Shown: positions 29,028 to 39,782 of the stretch, one piece after another | Layout of the letters: each line of letters starts with the position of its first letter | Numbering within the stretch: the stretch's first letter is position 1 | Assembly: GCA_963710755.1 (NCBI GenBank) | Contig: CAVQBK010000006.1 | Coordinates: 64,001 to 128,000, forward strand | DNA from: an uncultured bacterium | GTDB taxonomy: Bacteria > Oederibacteriota > JAAXVQ01 > JAUVAV01 | DNA length: 64,000 nt | Reading direction: 5' to 3' | Notes under the pieces: model-generated | Database searches by the model: none | Told to the model about the DNA's origin: nothing | The model's input: only the letters and a program-made list of their open reading frames with translations | Made by a program: the position numbers and the translations under genes

Positions 29028-30485
29028 TTACTTCAAATCCCCTGCTATTGCCGCGAATTGGCCTAAAGCTGATTCCAAATCTTCGACAATCTCCAATGCC
29101 AGGATATCAGGATCAGGCAGATTGGCTGCATCTTCCAGAGAGTCGTCTTTTAGCCAGAATATATCGAGATTAACCTTATCTCTTTTCATTAGTTCGTCGT
29201 ATTCGAATGCCTTGAATCGCTCGGATTCTTTGCGTTTGTTTCTGTTTTTGGGATTAAAGCACTTAACAAAATCATCAAGATCGGTGCGTTTTAGGCAATT
29301 TTCTTTGAGGGTAAAATGCATATTGGTGCGAAGATCATAGATCCATAGTTTATTGGTCCATGGTTTTTCACTGGCAGGTTTGCGGTCAAAGAACAGGACA
29401 TTTGCCTTTACGCCCTGGGCATAAAAAATGCCGGTTGGCAGTCGTAAAAGCGTATGGACGTCTGCCTGTTTTAACAGCGCCCGGCGAATTGTTTCGCCTG
29501 CACCACCTTCGAAAAGTACATTATCCGGCAACACCACAGCCGCTTTACCGTGTTGTTCTAAAATTGTAAAGATATGCTGAAGGAAATTAAGTTGTTTATT
29601 ACTGGTACTGGCCCAGAAATCCTGGCGATTAATAACCAGCGAATCTTTCTCTGCTTCCCCCTCGGCATTAATAATGGTCACACTGCTCTTTTTACCAAAA
29701 GGAGGATTAGCCAGGACCATTTTATACTCGCCATGTTTATCAGCTAAGGCATCACGGGTTTGGACAGGCAACTCTTCGTCAGTATCCCCGCCAATACCAT
29801 GGAGAAGCATATTCATCGCACATAGACGGGTTACCCCATCAACCAATTCAAAACCAAACAAAGTTCCTGATCTAAGTTTCTTTTTTTGAGCCCGATCCAT
29901 ATCTTTATAATGATGCATCAAGTAATCATGAGCAGCCAACAAAAAGCCGCCCGTACCGCAGGCAGGATCACAGATAGTCAAGCCCGGTTCCGGTGCCATA
30001 GAATCCACAATCGCTTTGATAAGCGCGCGCGGCGTAAAATATTGACCGGCCCCGCCTTTGACATCCGCAGCATTCTTCTCTAACAAGCCCTCGTAGGCAT
30101 CGCCTTTCACATCGGCCTCAATGGTTGTCCATTGCTCCTTGTCGATCAAATCAACAATCAGACGCCGCAGCTTAGCCGGGTCCTGGATCTTGTTTTGGGC
30201 TTTGCGAAAAATAAGGCCCAACATGCCGTTACGTTTACCTAATTCTTCAAGTGTGTGCCGGTAATGGTTCTCCAGATCATCACCATCGAGCTTGACCAGC
30301 ACATCCCAGCCAAAGCCTTTGGGAATCTTGGACTCCTTTTTAAACGGCGGCTTACTCTGCTCATCAGCCATTTTGAGAAACAGCAGATAAGTCAATTGTT
30401 CCACATAATCACCGTATGACAACCCGTCATCCCGGAGGACATTACAATAATTCCATAATTTTTGTACTAATTGTGAAGGGGACAT
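29028..30485 (-). CDS. hsdM: Type I R-M methyltransferase subunit M
   Basis: GQYFTPR, DPACGTGGF and NPPF motifs. Confidence 0.96.
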   Translation of the reverse strand: MSPSQLVQKLWNYCNVLRDDGLSYGDYVEQLTYLLFLKMADEQSKPPFKKESKIPKGFGWDVLVKLDGDDLENHYRHTLEELGKRNGMLGLIFRKAQNKIQDPAKLRRLIVDLIDKEQWTTIEADVKGDAYEGLLEKNAADVKGGAGQYFTPRALIKAIVDSMAPEPGLTICDPACGTGGFLLAAHDYLMHHYKDMDRAQKKKLRSGTLFGFELVDGVTRLCAMNMLLHGIGGDTDEELPVQTRDALADKHGEYKMVLANPPFGKKSSVTIINAEGEAEKDSLVINRQDFWASTSNKQLNFLQHIFTILEQHGKAAVVLPDNVLFEGGAGETIRRALLKQADVHTLLRLPTGIFYAQGVKANVLFFDRKPASEKPWTNKLWIYDLRTNMHFTLKENCLKRTDLDDFVKCFNPKNRNKRKESERFKAFEYDELMKRDKVNLDIFWLKDDSLEDAANLPDPDILALEIVEDLESALGQFAAIAGDLK

Positions 30486-30500
30486 TATTACTCCTAAATA

Positions 30501-31055
30501 TCAATTGATTTTTATACCAAATGCCGCATAAGCCTCTTTCGTATAATAATTCAGACTTGTTTTTGGTTTGTTGGTTAGATTAAATTGAACAACTGCATCC
30601 TTCAATGGTTCCTTTTTAAAAGGGATGTGAATAGCCTTCACCGATTTATTTTCGATCCTAGCTTTTAGTGCTGCGGGCCACTTATATGACAAAGCTGAAG
30701 GATTCAAAATATAATCAGAATCAATATACACTACAACGAGGGGTAAACCACATGTATCAACTGCATACTCAATTTCAAAGGGAACCCAATCTTTGTCATT
30801 TTTGGTTGTATCACCAATAATAAGTATCATGTTTTTTGAATTTTTTAACCTATCCTTCAATCGCTCTCTTAAAGTAGCTTTTAAACTACTATCTCTTACA
30901 GCACAAGTTTTTTCATGGCTATCAATTATTGAAAAATCATCATCTTCTTTAGCAGTCCAAGCTTTTATCAAATTGTAATATTTAATGTCCGAATCAATTG
31001 GTATATTTGTCCCGTCAGCATGAAATGAGATATAAGTACCATTTCTGTACGCCAT
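30501..31055 (-). CDS. thsB: Thoeris ThsB-like TIR domain protein
   Basis: YISF..D, RL.NSK..IL.IG..T and WVPFEIEYA (catalytic Glu) motifs. Confidence 0.85.
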   Translation of the reverse strand: MAYRNGTYISFHADGTNIPIDSDIKYYNLIKAWTAKEDDDFSIIDSHEKTCAVRDSSLKATLRERLKDRLKNSKNMILIIGDTTKNDKDWVPFEIEYAVDTCGLPLVVVYIDSDYILNPSALSYKWPAALKARIENKSVKAIHIPFKKEPLKDAVVQFNLTNKPKTSLNYYTKEAYAAFGIKIN

Positions 31056-31891
31056 TAGTGCCTCCAGTATTCTAATATTTTTGTCAAATCAACATCTTCA
31101 AATACAGAATCATGTAAGATAATATTGATTTTGCTGGTAATTTCATTCTTTTTAGTTTCATTTAATATCGATATCAATATCAATTCAATTAATCGCATTG
31201 GCGGGAGTCCGGTTTTAGCAAGTCCAGAACCTATCAGAGGAATACTTACTTGTTGGCCATTACAATCACAACGAACTTTTTCCCACAATCCGCATAAACC
31301 CGTTAATATTAAATCCGGAGTTGTATAAGCTACATAATTTGCATTTGTTTTAGTTAATGCAAAAAGAAAATACTTTTTTTTCCCGAAATCGCCAACGGCT
31401 GTTGTTCCAATTTTATATTTGTTATGCTTGCCTTCTGAACGCGAAACGGTTTCGGAGTCTACCCCCCTCAAGGAATCTCTAATCATATCGTCGAATATTT
31501 GTGATTTACCACCTAGTGTTTTATTTATAAACATTCCATGTAAAGATTTTACGGAGACAGGTTTGCCGATTTCACTATCAAAGTATTCATTCACACTTAT
31601 TGCCAAGCATTCATCTTCTTCAAACAGGTCACCAAATTTAATCTTTATTTTCGTATTGGTGTTTTTAAGCTTTATTTCAATCTGTTTTTTCGGATAAACA
31701 TTCCATATAGCAATTACACAAGCAACTATTGAAAACATTAATAATTTCCAGCTCCCCTTTACATCCCATTCGGTGAATGCCACAATCGGTTCAATAACTG
31801 ACCAAAGCAGTGCAACTGATGATATCAATAAAAAGCCGGCCTTCTTATAATCACGTTTAATGCCTAAAAATACATTCCTAAGCATCTTCAT
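31055..31891 (-). CDS. thsA: Thoeris type II ThsA-like effector (2 TM + macro domain)
   Basis: Two N-terminal TM helices; IKFGDLF..AISVNEYFD..SLHG, YKIGT and IPLIGSG motifs; coupled to the TIR gene. Confidence 0.82.
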   Translation of the reverse strand: MKMLRNVFLGIKRDYKKAGFLLISSVALLWSVIEPIVAFTEWDVKGSWKLLMFSIVACVIAIWNVYPKKQIEIKLKNTNTKIKIKFGDLFEEDECLAISVNEYFDSEIGKPVSVKSLHGMFINKTLGGKSQIFDDMIRDSLRGVDSETVSRSEGKHNKYKIGTTAVGDFGKKKYFLFALTKTNANYVAYTTPDLILTGLCGLWEKVRCDCNGQQVSIPLIGSGLAKTGLPPMRLIELILISILNETKKNEITSKINIILHDSVFEDVDLTKILEYWRH

Positions 31892-33327
31892 TTCACCAAC
31901 TCCCCTTCAAAGGCTTTTTTAAGAATTGCCTGCCGTAGCCGTTCGGCTCGCTTGAGATTTGCATCGACAAGCGTTTCCAGCTCTTCAACCACACTTAATC
32001 GGCGTTCGACTTCGTCGACAATAAGCTTTTGTTCAGCTAAAGACGGCAGTGGAATAGGTAGATTCTTTATTTCTTCTAAGCTAAAATTAGCTCTAGCCAC
32101 ATCAACTTTTCTTAAATTAATTTGTTTCTGTGCATTGTATGACAAAATCCAAATTAGCGAATAACGGTTAAGAATCGTTTTTTCGATCAATCTGATCACA
32201 GCAACTGCTTGATTAACATTTCCATTTTCAATTTCAGGCCCAGCAATTGCTGCTCTCCCGATCGAGGCTCCTACAATATTTAGAAGAACATCGCCATTGA
32301 GTAATATTGATTTATTTTCCTTTTCATTGAATTTATAAGGAAGACGTGAAATCGTACTCAAATCTAAATATCCCCAACGGACATTTTCGCTTCTAATGAA
32401 GACAATGCCTTCCTCTGCATACTCAAATCCCTGCCAACGTGGTGACGAACCTTTTGTAATCAAACTACTTATTTGTTCTATAATTCCCCACGTCCACCCT
32501 TCCGACAACTCTGGCAGGTCGGTTGTATCGGGCACTTTGGGTTCGACATACTTTTTATTCTTTCCGGTTTTCTTCTGCTGCTCTTCAAAAGCTTTTTTGC
32601 GTTCTATCAGGATTCGTTTTAGCAATTCTTCGCCTGTTTCGTACGTCCTGCCTTCTTTCTTAGCCAGTTCTGCTTCTGTCGGCACCAGCTTCCCTTCGCA
32701 GGCTGCTTTGAGGACTGAGGCGCGGTAGCGTTTGAGTTTGGTCTGAATACTCTTTAGGGCTGCCACCCCGGCATCCAGACGAGTGAATTGCTTTTCGATT
32801 TCTTCGACAATGCGGTGTTGTTCTGGGAGAGGTGGAACAGGCATAGGAATAGTACTTAAGTTTTTTCTAGAAATTCTTTTTCGTGTCGAGCCAGATTGAC
32901 GAGATTCAATTACGGTTCTAAATGGCAATGCGTTCACAATGTGTGATAACCATTTGTTATTAATTTTTGTTTTATTAGGCCGAACTATACATACATCAAC
33001 TACAGTTACTGCTTCTTTTTCATCACCTGGAAAAACACATGATCTGCCTAACGGTTCTGGCATCCGAGCAATTAATACATCACCAGGTTTAATAAATGTA
33101 CACCTTAACTCTTCAGCCTTACCTCTAGTCAAAAACCTTGATGATTTATCTCTATAAGTTCCATCACCAATATCCGCCAACTGTATTAATCTTACATCAC
33201 CATTGGGATCTTGGTCTTTAGATTCAACCCAATCACCATCACAAAAAACACCATCATCTCCAATTATTTCTGGCAATGAGCTCCAACTCCAATTTTCAGG
33301 CAATTTATATTCACCAAAATTTTTCAC
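31888..33327 (-). CDS. hsdS: Type I R-M specificity subunit S
   Basis: Two TRDs with LPENW, PPLPEQ.RIV and LRQAILKKAFEGELV conserved regions. Confidence 0.95.
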   Translation of the reverse strand: MKNFGEYKLPENWSWSSLPEIIGDDGVFCDGDWVESKDQDPNGDVRLIQLADIGDGTYRDKSSRFLTRGKAEELRCTFIKPGDVLIARMPEPLGRSCVFPGDEKEAVTVVDVCIVRPNKTKINNKWLSHIVNALPFRTVIESRQSGSTRKRISRKNLSTIPMPVPPLPEQHRIVEEIEKQFTRLDAGVAALKSIQTKLKRYRASVLKAACEGKLVPTEAELAKKEGRTYETGEELLKRILIERKKAFEEQQKKTGKNKKYVEPKVPDTTDLPELSEGWTWGIIEQISSLITKGSSPRWQGFEYAEEGIVFIRSENVRWGYLDLSTISRLPYKFNEKENKSILLNGDVLLNIVGASIGRAAIAGPEIENGNVNQAVAVIRLIEKTILNRYSLIWILSYNAQKQINLRKVDVARANFSLEEIKNLPIPLPSLAEQKLIVDEVERRLSVVEELETLVDANLKRAERLRQAILKKAFEGELVK

Positions 33328-33365
33328 GCCACCAGCACCTCATTCAATTCTTCCAATAAACTATC
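33324..33365 (-). repeat. Duplicate of the hsdR 3' end
   Basis: 33324-33358 matches 34450-34484 with one mismatch (encodes LEELNEVLVA*). Confidence 0.85.
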
Positions 33366-33606
33366 TTATTTTTCCCAAAACCAGCTTGAAACCCTGACCA
33401 TTTTGTTAACATCAACAAACATGAATGTTCAAGGAAACCACAGGTTTCCCTGACGCAAACGCCAATGCGTTTTGCTTCTCTTCCTATCTTCGTCGGGGTG
33501 CTTCGCCCCCAAGCCCCCGCCTCATATTCTAGGATGAGGCATGGTATTTCTTGATCATGTTGTTGAAACCAACACGATTATCATTTTATAATAATTTGAC
33601 ATTGGT

Positions 33607-34440
33607 CTATTTACTCTCTCTGTTTTCTTTTTTTCCTTCGAGCTTTTTTATGCCCTGGTGATCGCTTAAGAGTCTCATCTGTTGAATTGCTATCCGGTTT
33701 AGTTTCACAAGTCTCTCGCTCTGCGGCAACCCCTCGCTGATAAAATGCGCATTGAGATTTTCCAGATTTGATAGACATACTAACTGAGACATGTCTGCGT
33801 CATCACGGATATTCCCCTGCTTAGCCGGATTCACATCGCGCCATTGTTTGGCAGTTTTTCCAAACAAAGCAATATTAAGCACATCTGCTTCAGAGGCATA
33901 TAGTTGATTAATTTGCCGTTTTGAAAGCTCATCAGGAATCAGATTCCCTTTAATCGCATCCGTATGGATACGGTAATTGATTTTTGCCAAATTTCTTTTG
34001 ATATCCCACCCGAGTTGCTTTCGTTCCTCCTCTTTTAAACGTTGGAATTCCTTAATTAGATACAGTTTGAATTCCGGAGAAATCCACGAGGCAAATTCAA
34101 ACGCAATATCCTTATGTGCGTATGTTCCGCCGTATCTGCCTGCTTTTGCCACAATTCCCCTGGAATGTGTCTTTTCTACCCATTGTTTTACGGATAGAAC
34201 AAACCGGTTTAAACCTGCCTGGTTTTTAATTCCCTCGAATTCGGGGGAATTAAAATCAGGGTTATACATTTCTTCCCAAATACCTAAAAACTCTATCGTG
34301 TTTTTATTCCTAAGCCATTTTTCAATCAGCGCAAGACCGTTCTCAACATCCTTGACCATATCCGTAAGCGAAATAAAATCCTCTTCATTTTTAGAAATAA
34401 TGGTTATTTCTTTCCCTTGGACATCAATTTTTCCAGTCAT
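33607..34440 (-). CDS. KilA-N domain DNA-binding protein
   Basis: DFISLTD, WLRNKNTIEFLGIWE and GRYGGTYAHKDIAFEFASW motifs. Confidence 0.9.
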   Translation of the reverse strand: MTGKIDVQGKEITIISKNEEDFISLTDMVKDVENGLALIEKWLRNKNTIEFLGIWEEMYNPDFNSPEFEGIKNQAGLNRFVLSVKQWVEKTHSRGIVAKAGRYGGTYAHKDIAFEFASWISPEFKLYLIKEFQRLKEEERKQLGWDIKRNLAKINYRIHTDAIKGNLIPDELSKRQINQLYASEADVLNIALFGKTAKQWRDVNPAKQGNIRDDADMSQLVCLSNLENLNAHFISEGLPQSERLVKLNRIAIQQMRLLSDHQGIKKLEGKKENRESK

Positions 34441-34449
34441 TTTCTCTCC

Positions 34450-37241
34450 TCACGCCACTAGCACCTCATTCAATTCTTCCAATATCCTATCCAATCCATC
34501 ACCAAACACCTGATGGGCTTTGCCTAATCCGCCTTGCTGGCTGAATGGTGCATAATCAAAGTCATCGGTCTCGATAGTCAACGTTGTTGCGATATGCTCT
34601 TTGATCAGGTTTAACCATGCTAGCTGTTCTTGGGTAAAGGTTACTCCTTCTTTGGCTTTGTCCATCATCCACTCGTTAAACCGCTCGGTGACGGACTCGG
34701 CAAAGGGTCGAAGTATTGGCTGCCGGGCTAATGAAAAGCGTATGATAGAAACCAGATCAGCAAAGCGTCCTACCTGGGATTTGCCGTTTACTTTTTCAGG
34801 CATAATGATGCCAAAAGCATTCCAGATATTTTCTTCGTTCCAGGTAGTATTGCTTTCTTTCAGCTTTGCTTCCAGTTCTTTTAACATGGTTTCTGTAAGC
34901 CGCTGGCTATAGGGCCGGCTGTACAGAATTTGCAAGGCCGTGATTTCTTCTTTGTGCTCTTCGATATATTCTTTGAAGGAGCTGATCATATTCTCTGCTT
35001 TTTCTCTGGCTGCTGCGTCAAAGCCTTGCTCCAATACGACATCAGCAGTTACTGTATCAATGGTTTGTTCTAACTGCTTTTTCATATTAATCAGCTTGTC
35101 CCTGAGCACAGGATCATCAAAAGCTTTGCAAGCTTCTGCTATTAATGCCTGCTTGGCTTTTTCGTAATCTTCATCACCAACTTCAGATCTGGAAGCATCT
35201 TTTTTTCCGGTTGCTTTCTCGACGATGCTATCCGATTCCAGGGCATTTAATAAATCCCCTGATAATTGCGCCAGACTCTTTCCTTTGGATACCTGATGCA
35301 AGTCTTCCCGCTGTTTGGGACTTATTTCCCGATCCAGTTTGGCCAGCCTTCCGGCTAATGATAGCAAAGTATCTTCATCGCGTTTGCCAAAGGCCACACC
35401 CAACAAAAGCTTATCAAAGGCTACACTGCGTTTTCTTTCCAATGGTCTGGAATCGGTTTTGTCACTCTCACAAACACCTATGGCATCAACAATATAAAAC
35501 TGGGTTTTAGCTCTGGCATCCGCACCACTGACCGCCTGCAATTCGGTTGATGATACCACACGGGTTCCGCGGCCTTTCATTTGTTCAAAGTACACCCGGC
35601 TTTTGACATCACGCATAAAGATCAAGACTTCCAGGGGTTTGATATCTGTGCCGGTGGCAATCATATCTACCGTCACAGCAATTCGTAATTGCGGTGATGT
35701 CCGAAATTCCTGGATAAGGTGTTCTGATTTTTCATAACGTCCGGTTTCAGGATTATAGGTTTTGTAGGTGATCTTTTTGCAAAAGTCATTGCCTTTGCCA
35801 AAAACTTCGCGACAGATCTGTACAATATCTTCAGCATGGGAATCATCTTTGGCAAAAATCAAAGTCTTGGGCAGCATGGTCCGATGCGGGAAAAGCTCGG
35901 TAAACACCGCCTCTTTGTAGGCTTGCAAAATGGTTCGGATTTGAGATGGCACCACCACTGAGCGATCCACTTCTTTTTCCGAATAAGCCAAGTCCTCGTC
36001 CAGTTGTTCCCAGCGCCTGGAGCGATCGAGCTTGCTCCGCTTATCAACATAAAAACCTTTTTCAACCGAACCGCCTTGCTCGGTTACCTGGGTTTTAATA
36101 CGATAGACCTCATAACCGACATTAACCCCATCCGCTACGGCACGCTCATGGCTGTATTCGGTTACCAAATTTTGATTAAAATAACCAATGGTCTGCCTGG
36201 ACGGTGTGGCTGTTAAGCCAACAATGAAGGCGTCAAAATATTCCAGCACCTGTCGCCATAGGTTATAGATTGAGCGATGGCATTCATCAGTAATAATAAA
36301 ATCAAAGGTTTCAATCGGGATTTCCGGATTATAGACTACTTCCTTGGGCCGGTTATCAGCAATGCTGATTTCAGCAGCAGAGATATCATCCAGGTCCTCT
36401 TCCAGCTCTTCTCCACGAAGCATGGAATATAGCCGCTGGATAGTACATATGGTCACCTTACAGACTTTATCCAGTTGATTGGACTTCACATGCTGTACAT
36501 TATAAAGTTCGGTAAATTTACGGTTGTTGTCGGGGGTGACATATAAATCAAACTCGCCTTTAGCCTGTTTGCCCAGATTGGAACGATCTACCAGAAATAA
36601 GATCCGTGTAGCATTAGCGTGCTTGATTAAGCGATAGACTAATGAACAGGCTGTATAGGTCTTGCCGCTACCTGTGGCCATTTGTAGTAAAGCTTTAGGG
36701 TGGTTATATTTAAAGGATTGTTCCAGATTTTTAATGGCATCTATCTGGCATTGACGCATGCCTGTTGTGTTTAAAGGATGTTTATCAAGCATTTGGTTGA
36801 GTAGATTACGAAGGGTAGTATCTTCCGTCAGCCATTCTACCAATGTTTCCGGCCGGTGAAAGCTATATACTCGTCTGGAACGGGCATCCCGATCTCTTTC
36901 ATCACGAAAAAAGGTCTCTACACCGGTTGACTCGTAAAAAAAAGGCATTTGCCCTAAGTTCTTCAGAAAATCGGGTAATTGTTTGCCGTAATAGGCGGAT
37001 TGTTCTGCCACCCCGGATAGGGTTTGACCTACTTTTTTGGCTTCAATGACACCCACAGGCTTACGGTCAACGATGAGCAGATAATCGCATACGCCGGACG
37101 CCAACGGTACTTCACGGAGTACAATGCCCAAGAGGCACCAAGATTCATGTCTTTGTAATCCTGAACCTGCCATCCAGCCTGGGTTAGCATCTTATCGATT
37201 TGTTCTCTAGCTTCCTGCTCTGGTTGTTGGTTAGGCGTCAT
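34450..37241 (-). pseudogene. hsdR: Type I R-M restriction subunit R with a 1-nt frameshift near 37131
   Basis: IEAK nuclease, ATGSGKT, DECH and QMKGRG motifs; the N-terminus MTPNQQPEQEAREQID lies in a different frame (37029..37268 ORF). Confidence 0.88.
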
Positions 37242-37367
37242 TAGTTGTTCTTTCGTTTGTTTTGTCACTGCTTATTTATGAAGATAATACAAAAAATAAC
37301 TTCCGCATATTATATCGAGTAGCTACTTGTTCTACTACTGCTTTTTCCCCTCCAGCAGACCAAGAAT

Positions 37368-37692
37368 TTCAGTTTTGTATTGGGGACGTGTATTGTGGAC
37401 GGGGTCAACTAACTCAACATCTGTTGGTCGCCGGAGTCACTTTGACACCTTTGGCCATTTCAGACCTTGCTCAATATCTAAGAATCATTTTCTAATTATT
37501 TAATTATTATCGGATGGTTTTTGTAGGGATTGAGTGAGATGAATATTTTTGATGATTTTCGGGTACTCATAAAGGGCACCCCTACCGTGGACGGATAGTT
37601 GATGTATCCACTTTTTGGAGAACTCCGGTTAATTGCCTTCTTGCCATCGACCCTCAACACTAAAAGTATCAAAGTACCGCCGGGCCCCATCA
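37368..37692. repeat. Dispersed repeat family B, copy 2
   Basis: Begins TTGGGGAC..GGGGTCAAC; matches 24489-24709 and 40388-40466. Confidence 0.85.
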
Positions 37693-37713
37693 TGTGAACA
37701 TTTCCACTCCAAC

Positions 37714-38621
37714 TTATTCTTCTCCGAAATAATCTGTATCAATACGTTTAATTTCGTAGGTCATTGCTGTTGCTACACCGAGACTATAATCTATCATTAG
37801 ATTTGCTAGTGTTCGACCATCAATTAAGATCACTTTAGGATCAATTGTATTTACATAATCAAGTGCATCTTCTGAAAAACGTCCAGTTGTAATAAAAACT
37901 CCTTTTTTGGCTCGTTTCCCATGTAATGCTCCAACAAATTTTTGAATTTCAGGTCGGCCGACTGTTCCTTCCCATCTTTTTGCCTGTAAATAAATAATAT
38001 CAAGCCCAAGCTTATCTTCTTTTATAATACCATCGATACCCTCATCGCTAGATTTCCCTATCGCTTTACCTGCATCACTATGGGAACCACCGTAACCCAT
38101 TGCCACCATTAGATCAACTACCAGCGTTTCAAAAAAAGAAGGCGAGTTGGACTTAACTATCGATAATATTTCAGCAGCTAATTCACTTCTTATACTACCA
38201 TATGCTTTTTGCAGCACCTCTTCAGGTGTTTCCGTGGAATGGACTTCTTCAACTTTATCTACTTCAGTTCCATTTTTACCAGCGGTGTGAAACTCAACAA
38301 ATTCAGGATATTGCTCGAGGACTTTTATATCTATTCTATCATGCCCCTAGACAGCAATTCTTGACCACGTTTGGTTATTTGAAAACAACCTCTACGGGTT
38401 GCTGCCAAAACTTTTGCCTGTATAAAATAACTCTTTGCCCAGGCAGCACGATTACCAAATTTGGTTTGTGTCCCGCTTGGCAAGCGCTCTGATATAGTTT
38501 CTTGATCAAGATTCATTTTTTCAGCAATTACTTTTCTGGCTTCTCCAATTGAATGTTCACCATTATCAGCTGCAAGTTCAAGTAGCGGTTTAAAGAAGGA
38601 CTGGAAATCAGGTACTTTCAT
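37714..38621 (-). pseudogene. mrr: Mrr-family type IV restriction endonuclease, frameshifted near 38344
   Basis: Mrr_N (NRAAWAKSYF) and Mrr_cat (DEGID..QAKRW) lie in different frames; one extra G restores RGHDRIDIKVLEQYPEF. Confidence 0.88.
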
Positions 38622-38700
38622 TTTTATTTCTCCCATTAAAGTTATTAACCGTCAACTCGACGATATACTTTTTTTAAAGTTACACTACTCCCCATTGACT

Positions 38701-38880
38701 AATGGGGGGCATTACAAATATTTTGATGATTTTCGGGTACTCATAAAGGGCACTCCTACCGTGGTCGGATAGTTGATGTGTCCACTTTTCGTAGGAAGAT
38801 CACTCCGGCCCCTATCAAAGAACGTGGCAGGCTTCTTCTTTACTATTTTTTCATTTTGTCAATATCTTAGTCCCCCATTT
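38701..38880. repeat. Family B short copy with imperfect terminal inverted repeats
   Basis: AATGGGGGGC...GTCCCCCATT ends; the interior matches copies 1 and 2. Confidence 0.7.
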
Positions 38881-38882
38881 CC

Positions 38883-39782
38883 TTACAGTGACGATCTAGC
38901 TGCAGCTCTATACGACTCAGGTTCATCTTTTATCAACTCAATTAAATAACGACGTCTATCCAGAACTTCCAACAATCCCATAATTTGTTTATCTTCTACC
39001 ACCAATTTTCCGTCCACTGGTTTCAGCTCGACCTTAGTTTTTGCGCAAAGCTGCTCAAGCTTTTTTTTATCGATGTCTTTCAATCTTTTTCTTGTACGAA
39101 TCGAGGCCAAATATCTGGCTGCCCGTGGGTGTTCTAATGCATAGGATTGAATATTTTCAAAATCAATAAAATTAATTTCTTTTTTAATTTTTATGATATT
39201 TTTAGGAACTGCCGCTTTGATTGCTTCTTGAAGTTGCCCAATAAATTCAAATCCGCTGGGCCTTAAAATATATACATTTTCTTTGTCTACAATCAAATCA
39301 AAATCCGCATCCAGTTTAAAAACATTATCCTCAATTATTTTTAAAGCATCTGATAAAAGTTTAATTAATTTATTCTTAAGAATCCCTTTAAATTGAGCTG
39401 CCCTTCTAACAGCAGTAAGACGATTTCTTTTTCTATCTATGAATCTAACAAAATAACAAAACATATCATCAGTTTCATTCAATACATTAGAATTATTTGT
39501 TAAATTATTAGCATGGTGTAATTGTTTGAACCAACTGGCATGCTCATCATTAATCGGTAAATAAACGTATTCAGCACTTCCATACTTTTCAGAGGGGTCA
39601 TATACCGCAGGTTCGGAGTCGTTCGTATTCATATTCTCCCAAGTGGTTATAGCCATTTCTTCCAAAGCTTCTTGAACACTCTTATCTGTTACAACACCAT
39701 AAATTGTTCGCCCATCTCCATCATCTTGACCAATACCAAACTCCGTAGTCACAATGTTGCTGAAGTCGAAATGCAATTTCAT
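38883..39782 (-). CDS. kwaB: Kiwa anti-phage protein KwaB (DUF4868-like)
   Basis: FKLD.DFD, FEFI and LLEVLDRRRY motifs; coupled to a TM partner. Confidence 0.8.
   Translation of the reverse strand: MKLHFDFSNIVTTEFGIGQDDGDGRTIYGVVTDKSVQEALEEMAITTWENMNTNDSEPAVYDPSEKYGSAEYVYLPINDEHASWFKQLHHANNLTNNSNVLNETDDMFCYFVRFIDRKRNRLTAVRRAAQFKGILKNKLIKLLSDALKIIEDNVFKLDADFDLIVDKENVYILRPSGFEFIGQLQEAIKAAVPKNIIKIKKEINFIDFENIQSYALEHPRAARYLASIRTRKRLKDIDKKKLEQLCAKTKVELKPVDGKLVVEDKQIMGLLEVLDRRRYLIELIKDEPESYRAAARSSL

Noticed and set aside
30478-30485. GGGGAC motif at the hsdM start
   Set aside because: It is explained by the codons ATG TCC CCT (Met-Ser-Pro) and was not counted as a cassette boundary.
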